Source of the DNA: Verrucomicrobiota bacterium
Lineage (GTDB): Bacteria; Verrucomicrobiota; Verrucomicrobiia; Limisphaerales; AAA164-E04
DNA length: 64,000 bases
Direction: 5' to 3'
Assembly: GCA_047947115.1 (NCBI GenBank)
Contig: CP170459.1
Span: forward strand, 2,080,001 to 2,144,000
The translations under genes were made by a program, and so were the position numbers. Under the pieces are notes generated by a model, which searched no databases, was not told the origin of the DNA, and was given only the letters and a program-made list of their open reading frames with translations. This document shows positions 8,723 through 18,579 of this stretch, piece after piece. Position 1 is the first letter of the stretch, and each line of letters starts with the position of its first letter.

Positions 8723-11700
8723 TTGCTTTCTTTACCGAATATCACTCCACTCAAAATAGGCAACACAAACAAACTGGCAACGGACAGAACACCGGCGAAA
8801 CGTGCGTCCAGTTTGTGACGGATTTCAAACTCTTTGACGGCTGCGTAGAGCACGGGCACGACAAACATCGTGATGACCACCACACTCATGCCTCCGAAGG
8901 TGGGGATGGCCATGGGGACCATGATTTCCGATCCGCGTCCGGTGGATGTGAGCACCGGAATCAACGCCAGCACGGTGGTGGCAAGGGTCATGAGACAGGG
9001 GCGTACCCGGCGTTTGCCTGCTTCCACCGTGGCTTTCCGGATTTCGGCTATGGTGCCTGGTTTATGCTTTTCAAAGGATTGATCCAGATAGGTGGCCATG
9101 ATGACGCCGTCATCCGATGCAATGCCAAACAGGGCAAGGAATCCTACCCAGACTGCAACACTCAAGTGATAGGTGTGCATTTGGAACAGCTCACGAATGG
9201 GGACTCCGAGAAGGCTCACGTTCAGGAACCAATCCTGTCCATACAGCCATAGCATCAGGAAACCTCCAGCCCACGCAACCAGGATGCCCGAGAACACCAT
9301 CATGGTGGTGGTGGTGGATTTGAATTGCATGTAGAGGATGATGAAAATGGCAAACAAGGCCAGGGGGAGCACGAGTCGCAACTTTTGTTCCGAACGCACC
9401 TGATTTTCATAGCTGCCGGCAAAGGTATAGCTGACTCCCGGAGGCAGAACCAGCTGACCGGTTTCAATCTGCTGTTTCAAATGGTTCTGTGCCGATTCAA
9501 CGACTTCCACTTCGGCCAAACCGGGTTGTTTGTCGAACAGGACGTAACCGAGCAGAAAGGTGTCCTCGCTTTTGATGTTTTGGGGTCCGCGTCGATAGTT
9601 GATGTGTGCCAGTTGTTCGATCGGAATTTGTGAGCCGTCCGGAGCCGGAACGAGGATTCGTCCGAGTGATTCCAGTTGATCTCTCAATTCGCGCATGTAA
9701 CGAACTCGAACCGGATACCGCTCACGTCCCTCCACCGTGGTGGAAATGCGTTTGCCGCCGATACCCACTTCGATGACTTCCTGCACCTCACCCAGGCGAA
9801 TGCCATAACGCGCGATGGCTTCGCGATCAATTTCTATTTCCATGTAAGGCTTGCCTACGGTTCGATCGGCGATCACGGTGGCCGGATTGACCTTGGGTGC
9901 TTGCTTGAGCAGTCGTTCCAGTTGCAAGCCGACCTGTTCGATGGTTTCCAAATCGGGTCCTTTGACCTTGATGCCCATCGGCGCGCGCATGCCGCTTTGC
10001 AACATGACGAGCCGGGCGGCAATGGGTTGAAGTTTCGGCGCGGAGGTGGAGCCGGGCACTTCGGCGTAATCAACAATCAGATCCCAAATATCATTCTCGC
10101 TCTGAACGCCCGGCCAGGGAGCGCGGCCTTCATTCCATTCCGGATTGAGCGCCGGACGCCAGATGCGAAATGGTTTTCCGGAATCATTCGGAATGAGATT
10201 TCCAGAGGCATTACGTTGGAAGGATCCCTTTACTTGGTAGGGTTCTCCATCCGGCGCGGGCACTGGATTGCCGTTAAGATCCCTGAAGGAATCGATCTTG
10301 TTCGCATCGAACTGGAAGGTCAAACGGTGCCCCTGATCATCCAGCAAATATTCCGGGTGATAATTGATGATGGTTTCCACCATGGAGACCGGTGCCGGAT
10401 CGAGTGGTGTGTCGGCGCGTCCGAGTTTGCCGACCACGGTGTCGATTTCGTGGATTTGACGGATGGACAGATCCTGTTTGCGCATGGCATCCATGGACTC
10501 TCCGATGGACGCATGCGGCATGGTGGTTGGCATGTAGAGAAAGGACCCTTCGTCCAGAGCCGGCATGAACTCCTTGCCCATGCCCGGGAATTGATGCGCC
10601 AGCATGGACACCGGGCGCCATGTCCGGATCGAGCCCGGGATCCAGCCGAACAAAGCGTCAAATCCTAACCAAACGCCGCATCCCAAAGTTACCAACGCGA
10701 TGGGCAGGGTTAAAAACGCCAAACGATGACGCAGGCACCATGTCAGCATGGGACCGTAATTTCGTTGAACCAAAGCAACGAGTCCGAGGAGGCCTCCAAT
10801 CAATGCGATGACAAAGATCAGATTCGACATCATCCCTTTTTCCGGTCCCAATGGAAGCCAGTGCGAGGTGAGGGTAAAACAGACGATGGCTGCGGCCAGG
10901 TAATTGATTGTTTTGGGGACACGATGTTGAACCTTTGCGGGCAGGCGGTGTGCCAGGAGGTGATATAGCCCGGTGAGCAGGGCTGCCAGTCCGATCAACC
11001 AACCAATCACACTAGGTTCGCCTCCGCTTGCCCATCGAACCAGTTGGACAAGCAATAGAAAGGAACCCAGCACCATCATGGTGCCAAAAGAAAAACGGCG
11101 CACGGTTTTACCGGTGATGCGTCCGGTGAAAAGAATCTGGGCAAGCGGGGGAATCACGGTCAGCGCGACGACCACCGAAGCGAGCAGGGCAAAGGTCTTG
11201 GTCCAAGCCAGCGGTTTGAAGAGTTTGCCTTCCGCCGCTTCCATGGTGAATACGGGGAGAAAACTGACAACGGTGGTTGATACCGCCGTCAATACGGCTT
11301 GTCCGACTTCGCTGGATGCCTTACGTATGACAACGATGGGATGTTCATTCGGTGCGGCTTCTTCCAGTTGTTTGAGGATGTTCTCACAGATGACGATCCC
11401 CATGTCCACCATGGCTCCGATGGCAATGGCGATGCCGGACAAAGCGACGATGTTGGCATCCACACCAAACAATTTCATGGCGCTGAAACACATCAGGACT
11501 GCAATCGGCAACAATCCTGCGATGAGGACGGAGCTGCGCAAATGCATCAACATGACAATCACCACGATGATGGTGATGAGAATTTCTTCGGTCAGGGCCA
11601 CCTGCAGGGTGTTGAGGGTTTCCTTGATCAGACCGGTTCGATCATAGAAGGGGACGATGCGCACCTGGCTGACCGTTCCGTCGTCCAATGTTTTGGAGGG

Positions 11701-12729
11701 AAGTCCCGGGGTGAGTTCGTTGATTTTTTGTTTCAGGTTTTGAATGGTTTTCAACGGGTTTTCACCGTAACGAACCACCACCACACCGCCGACCGCTTCT
11801 GCACCTTCTTTATCCAATGCTCCGCGACGCAACGCCGGTCCAAAGGTAACATGGGCCACGTTGCGTACATACACCGGAACGTTGTCCCGCACTTTGATAA
11901 CCGTGTTTTCGATGTCTTTCAGGGATTTGATGAAGCCGATGCCCCGGATGAAATATTCGACATGGTTGACTTCAACCGTTCGCGCGCCGACGTCCACGTT
12001 GGACATTTGGATGGCTTTGAACACTTCCTGCAGCGACACATCAAACGCCCGCATCGCATCGGGATCGACATCCACCTGATACTCCCTGACGAATCCCCCC
12101 ACCGAGGCGACCTCGCTGACACCGTCCGCTGCCAGGAGGCCATATCGTACGTAGTAATCCTGAACGGATCGGAGTTCATCCAAATCCCAACCTCCGGTCG
12201 GGTTGCCATCGGCATCCTGTCCTTCGAGTGTATACCAAAACACCTGCCCCAGGGCTGTGGCATCCGGTCCAAGTCGTGGCTGAGTGCCTTCCGGGAGTGT
12301 GCCAGCGGGCAGGCTTGCAAGTTTTTCGAGGATGCGGGATCGCGACCAGTGAAAGTTGATATCCTCTTTGAAGATCACGTAAATGGATGAAAACCCAAAC
12401 ATGGAATAGCTCCGAACGGTTTTCACTCCGGTTAATCCCATCAGGGAAACCGTTAGAGGATAAGAAATCTGATCCTCCACATCCTGTGGTGAGCGTCCCA
12501 TCCACTCCGTGAACACAATCTGCTGGTTCTCTCCGATATCCGGGATGGCATCAACCGGAACGGGATCGCGTTGAATACCGTCGATCTCCCATTCGAACGG
12601 GGCCACGAACAAACCCCATCCGATGAGAAACAGGGTTCCCAGGACAACGATCAATTTGTTGTGAAGGCAGAAATCGATGAGTCGTTCGATCCAGCCTTGA
12701 GGTGAATCGTTATTCTTCATGGGAATCAT
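8719..12729 (-). CDS. cusA: Heavy-metal efflux RND permease, CusA/CzcA family (Cu/Ag-type likely)
   Basis: VDAIPDIGENQQIVFTEWMGRSPQDVEDQISYPL, GPDATALGQVFWYTL, GKLFKPLA, GKEFMPALDEGSFLYMPTTMP, KRRVRPCLMT. Confidence 0.92.
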   Translation of the reverse strand: MIPMKNNDSPQGWIERLIDFCLHNKLIVVLGTLFLIGWGLFVAPFEWEIDGIQRDPVPVDAIPDIGENQQIVFTEWMGRSPQDVEDQISYPLTVSLMGLTGVKTVRSYSMFGFSSIYVIFKEDINFHWSRSRILEKLASLPAGTLPEGTQPRLGPDATALGQVFWYTLEGQDADGNPTGGWDLDELRSVQDYYVRYGLLAADGVSEVASVGGFVREYQVDVDPDAMRAFDVSLQEVFKAIQMSNVDVGARTVEVNHVEYFIRGIGFIKSLKDIENTVIKVRDNVPVYVRNVAHVTFGPALRRGALDKEGAEAVGGVVVVRYGENPLKTIQNLKQKINELTPGLPSKTLDDGTVSQVRIVPFYDRTGLIKETLNTLQVALTEEILITIIVVIVMLMHLRSSVLIAGLLPIAVLMCFSAMKLFGVDANIVALSGIAIAIGAMVDMGIVICENILKQLEEAAPNEHPIVVIRKASSEVGQAVLTAVSTTVVSFLPVFTMEAAEGKLFKPLAWTKTFALLASVVVALTVIPPLAQILFTGRITGKTVRRFSFGTMMVLGSFLLLVQLVRWASGGEPSVIGWLIGLAALLTGLYHLLAHRLPAKVQHRVPKTINYLAAAIVCFTLTSHWLPLGPEKGMMSNLIFVIALIGGLLGLVALVQRNYGPMLTWCLRHRLAFLTLPIALVTLGCGVWLGFDALFGWIPGSIRTWRPVSMLAHQFPGMGKEFMPALDEGSFLYMPTTMPHASIGESMDAMRKQDLSIRQIHEIDTVVGKLGRADTPLDPAPVSMVETIINYHPEYLLDDQGHRLTFQFDANKIDSFRDLNGNPVPAPDGEPYQVKGSFQRNASGNLIPNDSGKPFRIWRPALNPEWNEGRAPWPGVQSENDIWDLIVDYAEVPGSTSAPKLQPIAARLVMLQSGMRAPMGIKVKGPDLETIEQVGLQLERLLKQAPKVNPATVIADRTVGKPYMEIEIDREAIARYGIRLGEVQEVIEVGIGGKRISTTVEGRERYPVRVRYMRELRDQLESLGRILVPAPDGSQIPIEQLAHINYRRGPQNIKSEDTFLLGYVLFDKQPGLAEVEVVESAQNHLKQQIETGQLVLPPGVSYTFAGSYENQVRSEQKLRLVLPLALFAIFIILYMQFKSTTTTMMVFSGILVAWAGGFLMLWLYGQDWFLNVSLLGVPIRELFQMHTYHLSVAVWVGFLALFGIASDDGVIMATYLDQSFEKHKPGTIAEIRKATVEAGKRRVRPCLMTLATTVLALIPVLTSTGRGSEIMVPMAIPTFGGMSVVVITMFVVPVLYAAVKEFEIRHKLDARFAGVLSVASLFVLPILSGVIFGKESK

Positions 12730-14704
12730 TGGGCGATGTGTTGATGCCGGATGTCACGAGCGTTTCTTTCAACGCTCCGCAGGTAAACATTTTGGAACCG
12801 TAGTAGGGGTTTTCGGTTCCCTCATGGCTTTGCAACCAATCGCCGCCTTTACCGCCAAAAGCCATGGGGCAATGGTAGAGATACACGTCAGCTTTGGCTG
12901 TAGGTTGGAATTGTCGTAGTGTTTGGATCAATGTGTTGGACAGGTGTTCGAACCCTTGACGCATCGACCCCATGTCCTCGCCGGAAGTTTTCATGTGGGA
13001 CAGGGCTTGTTGGAGTTCGGTTTGCCTTTCGTTCCATCTTGTTTGCGCTTCCCCTTCCAAAACTTCGCCTGGCACGGAATCCAATGCGGTTTCCATCCTG
13101 GTAGTCGAAGAGTTGGCTGCGGTTTGATCGTCATGGCTCAGGGCGTGTTGGATTTCCATGTAGAGACTGACCAACTCGTCCAATGAATCTTGCAAACCGG
13201 GTGGTGTCGGGAAGGCCGTTGGCTGGGTTGTTTCTGCTTCATGTTCTGTGTGACTGCCGTGATCATGGGTATGAACGCCGCTGGATTTGCCTCCTTGAGG
13301 TTGCATCATGCTGGGTTTGGCAAGGATTTGGATGGCGCTGTCGATTTTGAAGTTTCCATTGGTGACCACTTTTTCGCCTTCCTGTAGTCCTGATTCGACC
13401 AAGTAAAAATCACCCGCCCTGGGGCCGAGTTCGATTTCCCTTCCTTCGTATTGTCCCTGTCCCAGATCGACGTAAACCACCGCGCGCTTTCCGGTGATCA
13501 GAGGCGCGCTTGAGGGAATGACCAATGGCGCTGTTTCCGCCTGAGCGGTTACATAGCCCAGAGATTCCGCGCTCACCAGATCCATCCCGCAGATGTCACA
13601 GGCCCCGGGTTCGTTCTTGATGATTTCCGGGTGCATGGGGCTGATCCATTTGCCGGCCAGATTGGGGTCCATGACGCGACCACCCTTGGCGATTTGAGAT
13701 TTTACCACCGCTCGCACAAACATGTCCGGTTTAAGTTTGCCTTGCGGGTTGGGCAGGTTGACGCGCATTTTGATGGTGCGGGTTTTGGCGTTCAAAACGG
13801 GGTCGATGAAGGCGATCTTACCTTTGAAAACTTCGCCGGGATATGCTTCGGTGCGGAACTCGACTTCCTGACCGTAATGAATCCAGGGGAGATCCGACTC
13901 ATAGGCGTCCAATTTGACCCAGACATGGGTGAGATCCGCGATGGTGTAGATTTGTGTGCCGGTCTGTACATACATGCCTTCCACAGCGTTCTTGTGCACG
14001 ACGATTCCTTCCATCGGTGAATTGATGGTGATATGATCGCTGGGGGTTCCCTTTTGTTGGATATCCGCGATCTGAGATTCGGTTAATCCCCATAGGCGGA
14101 GCTTTTCTCGGGCGGACCGAATGTTCTCCTGGGATCGTTCGCGAAGGTAGCCGCTGGAACTGGATTCAAGATCTCCTGCTGTTCTTATGGCTGCGATCAG
14201 TTCCTCCTGAGCATTGAGCAAGTCAGGGCTGTAGAGATAGACAAGGTGATCGTTTTGTTTCACTGGGACACCTGTGTAATCAACGTACAGCCGGTCCAAA
14301 CGTCCCGGCACACGAGCCGTGATGTAGGACAATCGACTCTCGTCATATTCCACCTTGCCGACCATGCGGATTTCCGCTTCCGCATAACGTCTTTCTACGG
14401 GGGTGGATTGAATCTCGGCCAGTTTTTGTGCTCTCGGTGAAAGGCTGAGTGAACGCGGTCCGGTGTTGGCCGCATCCCCTTCATAGACCGGAATCAAATC
14501 CATCCCGCACAGTGAACATGTGCCCGTGGTATCCTGTTGGATAGATGGGTGCATGGAGCAGGTGTAGAACTTTACGGGTCGAGCAGCGTCTCTTTCCAAG
14601 TGAGAATGGTTGGCATGGTCCCCTTGGAAAAAACCGCGCAGCCAAAAACCGCCGATGAACATGATGACGGCGGTGATGAAGATGGTTGGGATAGTCCTAT
14701 TCAT
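12710..14704 (-). CDS. cusB: Heavy-metal RND periplasmic adaptor (CusB-like) with metal-binding motifs and C-terminal DUF3347-like domain
   Basis: YTCSMHP...CSLCGMDL and SPMHP...CDICGMDL motifs, membrane fusion protein core, His-rich linker HTHDHGSHTEHE, C-terminal YHCPMA...WLQ...NPYYGSKMFTCG. Confidence 0.88.
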   Translation of the reverse strand: MNRTIPTIFITAVIMFIGGFWLRGFFQGDHANHSHLERDAARPVKFYTCSMHPSIQQDTTGTCSLCGMDLIPVYEGDAANTGPRSLSLSPRAQKLAEIQSTPVERRYAEAEIRMVGKVEYDESRLSYITARVPGRLDRLYVDYTGVPVKQNDHLVYLYSPDLLNAQEELIAAIRTAGDLESSSSGYLRERSQENIRSAREKLRLWGLTESQIADIQQKGTPSDHITINSPMEGIVVHKNAVEGMYVQTGTQIYTIADLTHVWVKLDAYESDLPWIHYGQEVEFRTEAYPGEVFKGKIAFIDPVLNAKTRTIKMRVNLPNPQGKLKPDMFVRAVVKSQIAKGGRVMDPNLAGKWISPMHPEIIKNEPGACDICGMDLVSAESLGYVTAQAETAPLVIPSSAPLITGKRAVVYVDLGQGQYEGREIELGPRAGDFYLVESGLQEGEKVVTNGNFKIDSAIQILAKPSMMQPQGGKSSGVHTHDHGSHTEHEAETTQPTAFPTPPGLQDSLDELVSLYMEIQHALSHDDQTAANSSTTRMETALDSVPGEVLEGEAQTRWNERQTELQQALSHMKTSGEDMGSMRQGFEHLSNTLIQTLRQFQPTAKADVYLYHCPMAFGGKGGDWLQSHEGTENPYYGSKMFTCGALKETLVTSGINTSPNDSHEE

Positions 14705-16116
14705 GGTTGGGTCGTTTTAAGTGATTGGGTGGAGTCGGGTAACAGTGAATGTGTGCCGAGGAGCTTTTCCAAGTTGGCTGTTGCAATGGCTCGATCTGCC
14801 AGGGCGCGTTGATATGACAACTGGAATTCCAGGAGCAAGCGTTGTGCATCGATGAGTTCCAGGAAATCTGATTGCCCGGCCTGATAGGATTGCTCCGCTA
14901 CTCGCAGAGCGTTTTCGGTCAGGGGAGTCAAAGAATTTTTATACAAACCAAGTTTTCGCTCCGCATCCCTGTAGTTGAACAGCGCCATGGCAAGATCCGT
15001 TTGCAATTCATTTTCACGCTGCTTCAAGCGGAGTTGTGCTGCGGAAGTGTTGGATTCGGCCTGGCGAACAGCGGCCTTGTTTTTGCGGTTCCAGATGGGA
15101 ATGTTAAAGGCACCGGTGATCATCACCGGATCTTTGCCGTTGTCGCTTATCCCTGCTGTTGCCGATGGGGCGGTTTGGATGTAATCCAGCCCCAACGTGA
15201 AATCCGGTCGATTGTTTTTGAGGGTCAGTTGGATGGATTTCCGGCTTTTTTCCACTTCGGCCTGCAAGGCCGCCAGGTCCGGGTGTTGCAACAGCATGGT
15301 ATCCATAGAGGTTTTGCTCGGTAGCTGTAAGGTCTGAGTGTTTCCAAGTTTTGGGACAGGAAGGAAGGTGTTCGGGGGGCGATTCATTTCCGTGTTGAGT
15401 CTTGTGGTCAGGGGAAGGATCATGTCCTGAAGGCTCAGCAGTCGATCTTCGAGCTTTCCAATCTCGACCTGCGCTTTCACGACTCCTGTGACGTCACTAC
15501 CGCTTCTGAAACTAGCCTGTGCAACGCGTTCGAGGTGTTTCATGAGTTCAATGTTTTCCTGGGTGATCCGGATGGATTCATGCAGATAAGCCAGCTCGTT
15601 CCATGTTGTTTTGACGGATTGAAACAATCTGCGCTTGGTTGATTCGTAGACCTGCCAGGCGGCTTCTGCATCGTGATCGGCCATCTGGCCTGCCAGGGTT
15701 CGTTTTCCAAACCATGGAAACATTTGGGAAAGCCCCACACGTTGTTGCTGTGGGCCGACTCTTGTCTCAACTTCACGGATGAAATACCCGTAGGAGAACT
15801 TGGGATCCGGCAGCGCCGTCACCTGAGGGCTTTTTTCAAGAGCAGCTTGCCACGCTTCAAAAGCGGCTTTCATCCCTGGGTGTCGCATTGCCGCCATGGA
15901 GAGCACATCTTGCAGGCTTGCGTCCGGACTGAGTTCGGGATGATTTAATTTCGTTGGTTGAACGGGTGTTAGGGCACCGCTTCCAATCGGGTGTGAGATT
16001 GCTTCTGTCCGCTCTGCATCATGCCTGGTCTTTCCGGAGGCGCATCCTGTCAGGGCTCCGATCAAACCACTTAATATCAATTTGTTTGCAATAGAAAAAT
16101 TAGCCGTTGTTTTCAT
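14701..16116 (-). CDS. TolC/CusC-family outer-membrane efflux lipoprotein
   Basis: Lipobox LTGC, ALPDP, QMFPWFGKR, YQAGQSDFLELIDAQR; first structural gene of the RND operon. Confidence 0.9.
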   Translation of the reverse strand: MKTTANFSIANKLILSGLIGALTGCASGKTRHDAERTEAISHPIGSGALTPVQPTKLNHPELSPDASLQDVLSMAAMRHPGMKAAFEAWQAALEKSPQVTALPDPKFSYGYFIREVETRVGPQQQRVGLSQMFPWFGKRTLAGQMADHDAEAAWQVYESTKRRLFQSVKTTWNELAYLHESIRITQENIELMKHLERVAQASFRSGSDVTGVVKAQVEIGKLEDRLLSLQDMILPLTTRLNTEMNRPPNTFLPVPKLGNTQTLQLPSKTSMDTMLLQHPDLAALQAEVEKSRKSIQLTLKNNRPDFTLGLDYIQTAPSATAGISDNGKDPVMITGAFNIPIWNRKNKAAVRQAESNTSAAQLRLKQRENELQTDLAMALFNYRDAERKLGLYKNSLTPLTENALRVAEQSYQAGQSDFLELIDAQRLLLEFQLSYQRALADRAIATANLEKLLGTHSLLPDSTQSLKTTQP

Positions 16117-16144
16117 GGTGGTATCTCATTGGATCAATGGTGTT

Positions 16145-16170
16145 TGTTTGTGTCAGTACGCACACAAACA
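16145..16170. promoter_or_regulatory. Stem-loop in the leader between the Cys-rich ORF and the TolC gene
   Basis: Perfect 9-bp inverted repeat TGTTTGTGT-N8-ACACAAACA about 30 nt upstream of the TolC ATG. Confidence 0.45.
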
Positions 16171-16223
16171 CAAAGGAGGATCATCATCGGAAACGTACAC
16201 ACGTCACCTGGAAGATCTTTTGA

Positions 16224-16580
16224 TCATATGAGATACGAGCAGAACAACGTGTAGGCGGGAATGCCGGTCGACTTCACCGCAAGCGGAGGGGCGAATGAAG
16301 ACATCCTGACATCGGGGTCCAACGCGGCCAAATGAAATGACTGGATCATTTTGGCCAGGAGGGAAATCTTCAACTGAGTTTCCGTTTGTGGAGGTGTTGT
16401 GGGTGTTTCAGGTGTGTTGGGTTGAGATGCATCCACGCAGCAACTGTCTCCACCGCACTTGCAGTGACAGGGCACGGTAGTTTCGGCGTTCAACGACATA
16501 CCCACAGCCTGCATCGTCGCGCCCAGTTGCCCGGCGACGAAGATCAGCATCAGAAGAATGGATGTCGTTTTCTTTAACAT
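16224..16580 (-). CDS. Small Cys-rich exported/leader protein upstream of the metal efflux operon
   Basis: ATG at 16580 (MLKKTTSILL...). Hydrophobic N-terminus, CHCKCGGDSCC cluster, Pro-rich linker, C-terminal FAPP...YTLFCSYLI. Confidence 0.7.
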   Translation of the reverse strand: MLKKTTSILLMLIFVAGQLGATMQAVGMSLNAETTVPCHCKCGGDSCCVDASQPNTPETPTTPPQTETQLKISLLAKMIQSFHLAALDPDVRMSSFAPPLAVKSTGIPAYTLFCSYLI

Positions 16581-16972
16581 TGTCTCTGGGTAGTGTAGTC
16601 TAGGTGCCAAAAAATGCGAGAGGAATTTAATAGGTGGAGGGGCGGGGCGCAGGTCAAAAATTATAAATCCAAATCTGGAGGGGCAAACGCCGCTTTGCTC
16701 CCACTTCTATGCTCAGGACATATGCATGCCTTACGGTAGCGAAGGACATACTGCAAGCATTCGAACACCAGTGGCTTTCCGCGTTCCATCTCAATTGATC
16801 GGGAATGATTCAAGGAGAAGATTTGGGAACCGGGTGGCACCGGTCCCTCCTTTTCAAAATACTGAACGGCGCCCGATACCTCGATACCTCGGAGCACCAG
16901 AGTGCGCTTGCATCTTTCAGGGAACAATGTGAGTATCTCGCCAATCCATTTATTCAAATCATATCCACGATC

Positions 16973-18391
16973 ATGCAAATGTTTCTTCGTCGACTTTTGG
17001 TGTGCTCTGTTTTGAGCACGGTTCTTTTTGGTTTCAACGTTTTTGGAGCCGCCAAACCCAACTTCATCCTTATCTTTATTGACGACCAGGGGTATGGCGA
17101 TTTGAGCTGTTTTGGTTCAAAAATCATCAAAACACCCAACATCGACAGGCTGGCCACCGAAGGTCGTAAGTTTACGAGTTTTATGGTGGCATCGCCTGTG
17201 TGTACTCCATCTCGTGCTGCTTTGATGACTGCCTGTTACCCGAAGCGCGTTGGGATGCATCAGCATGTGTTGTTTCCTCAGTCCAAGAAAGGATTACATC
17301 CTGAAGAGCACACCATTGCAGATCATTTGAAATCTCAGGGGTATGCCACGGCATGTTTCGGTAAATGGCATCTCGGGCACCACCCGGAAGTGTTGCCGAC
17401 TTCGAACGGGTTCGATACTTACCTGGGCATTCCATACTCGAATGACATGAACCATCCCGACAACAAAGGAAAACCGCAAGGCGGTTGGCAGGGGATGGAT
17501 ATTTTGTGGAATGATCCTGAATCGACTCTAACCAAATGGAAGACTCCTTTGATTGAGGATGGGGAAATTGTCGAGTTGCCCGTTGATCAACGAACGGTGA
17601 CGCGGCGTTATACCCAGAAGGCAATTGATTTCGTAAAAGCTCACAAGGATGAGCCGTTTTTTGTTTATCTGCCCCATACGATGCCGCATATCCCGCTTTA
17701 TGTTCCCGACGATGTGCGTGATCCGGACCCTAAAAATGCTTACATCAACACGATCGAACATATTGACAGCGAAGTTGGGCGCTTGCTGGATGTGGTGGAT
17801 GATTTGAAACTGACCGAGAACACCTATGTTATTTACACCACGGACAACGGTCCCTGGTTGCAGTTCAAGCATCATGGTGGTTCCGCCGGACCGCTGCGTG
17901 CGGGCAAGGGAACGACTTTCGAAGGCGGACAGCGTGTGCCTTGTTTAGTGCGGGGACCGGGTATACCCGCTGGAACCTTGTGCGACGAATTGACAGGAAC
18001 GATTGATGTGCTTCCCACTATTGCCGCCCTTACTGGTAAGCCATTGCCATCCGATAGAAAAATTGATGGCATCGACGTTTCCGGACTTTGGAATGGAACC
18101 CTGAATCGCTCGCCGCGCACTGAATTCATTCACTACACATCGGTTGGCAATCTGGAAGGACTCAGGCAGGGAGATTGGAAAATTCTGGTCAAGAAACCGC
18201 GTAACCAAAACAATCAGCAAGGTGGCCCGAATCCGACTCAGATCATGTTGTTTAATCTAAGAGACGATGTAGGTGAACAAAACAATCTTGCCAGTCAATA
18301 TCCCGATCTCGTGAGGATACTCACCCAACGCATGGAAGCTTTGGATCAGGAAATCACCACGAATGCCCGCGCTCCTTGGGTCACTGAATAG
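16973..18391 (+). CDS. Formylglycine-dependent (S1) sulfatase, secreted
   Basis: Signal peptide from ATG 16973; KPNFILIFIDDQGYGD, CTPSRAALMT, GKWHLG and TDNG motifs. Confidence 0.93.
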   Translation: MQMFLRRLLVCSVLSTVLFGFNVFGAAKPNFILIFIDDQGYGDLSCFGSKIIKTPNIDRLATEGRKFTSFMVASPVCTPSRAALMTACYPKRVGMHQHVLFPQSKKGLHPEEHTIADHLKSQGYATACFGKWHLGHHPEVLPTSNGFDTYLGIPYSNDMNHPDNKGKPQGGWQGMDILWNDPESTLTKWKTPLIEDGEIVELPVDQRTVTRRYTQKAIDFVKAHKDEPFFVYLPHTMPHIPLYVPDDVRDPDPKNAYINTIEHIDSEVGRLLDVVDDLKLTENTYVIYTTDNGPWLQFKHHGGSAGPLRAGKGTTFEGGQRVPCLVRGPGIPAGTLCDELTGTIDVLPTIAALTGKPLPSDRKIDGIDVSGLWNGTLNRSPRTEFIHYTSVGNLEGLRQGDWKILVKKPRNQNNQQGGPNPTQIMLFNLRDDVGEQNNLASQYPDLVRILTQRMEALDQEITTNARAPWVTE

Positions 18392-18579
18392 GCCCTCGGA
18401 CTTCATTTGCAGAAGCTGATTGTTGCCATTTCTATTTGCCAGCCTTTCAGTTGTCTTTTTTGGTGGGGAAGTGTCGTGATTATTCCATCGGTTGAAAGTT
18501 TGCAATGGCCTTGAACGATGGGGTGATGACGGAATTTCGATAAAATGGTGGATTGATCCATCCATAAATAGATTGACTT

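Noticed and set aside
8719..16116. RND/TolC operon as the type I secretion system for the giant RTX protein
   Set aside because: The inner-membrane component is a heavy-metal RND permease, not an ABC transporter, and the adaptor carries metal-binding motifs.
16661..16978. 105-aa minus-strand ORF and the 5' extension of the sulfatase ORF from 16805
   Set aside because: No recognisable motifs; the region lies between divergent genes and the sulfatase signal peptide begins at 16973.
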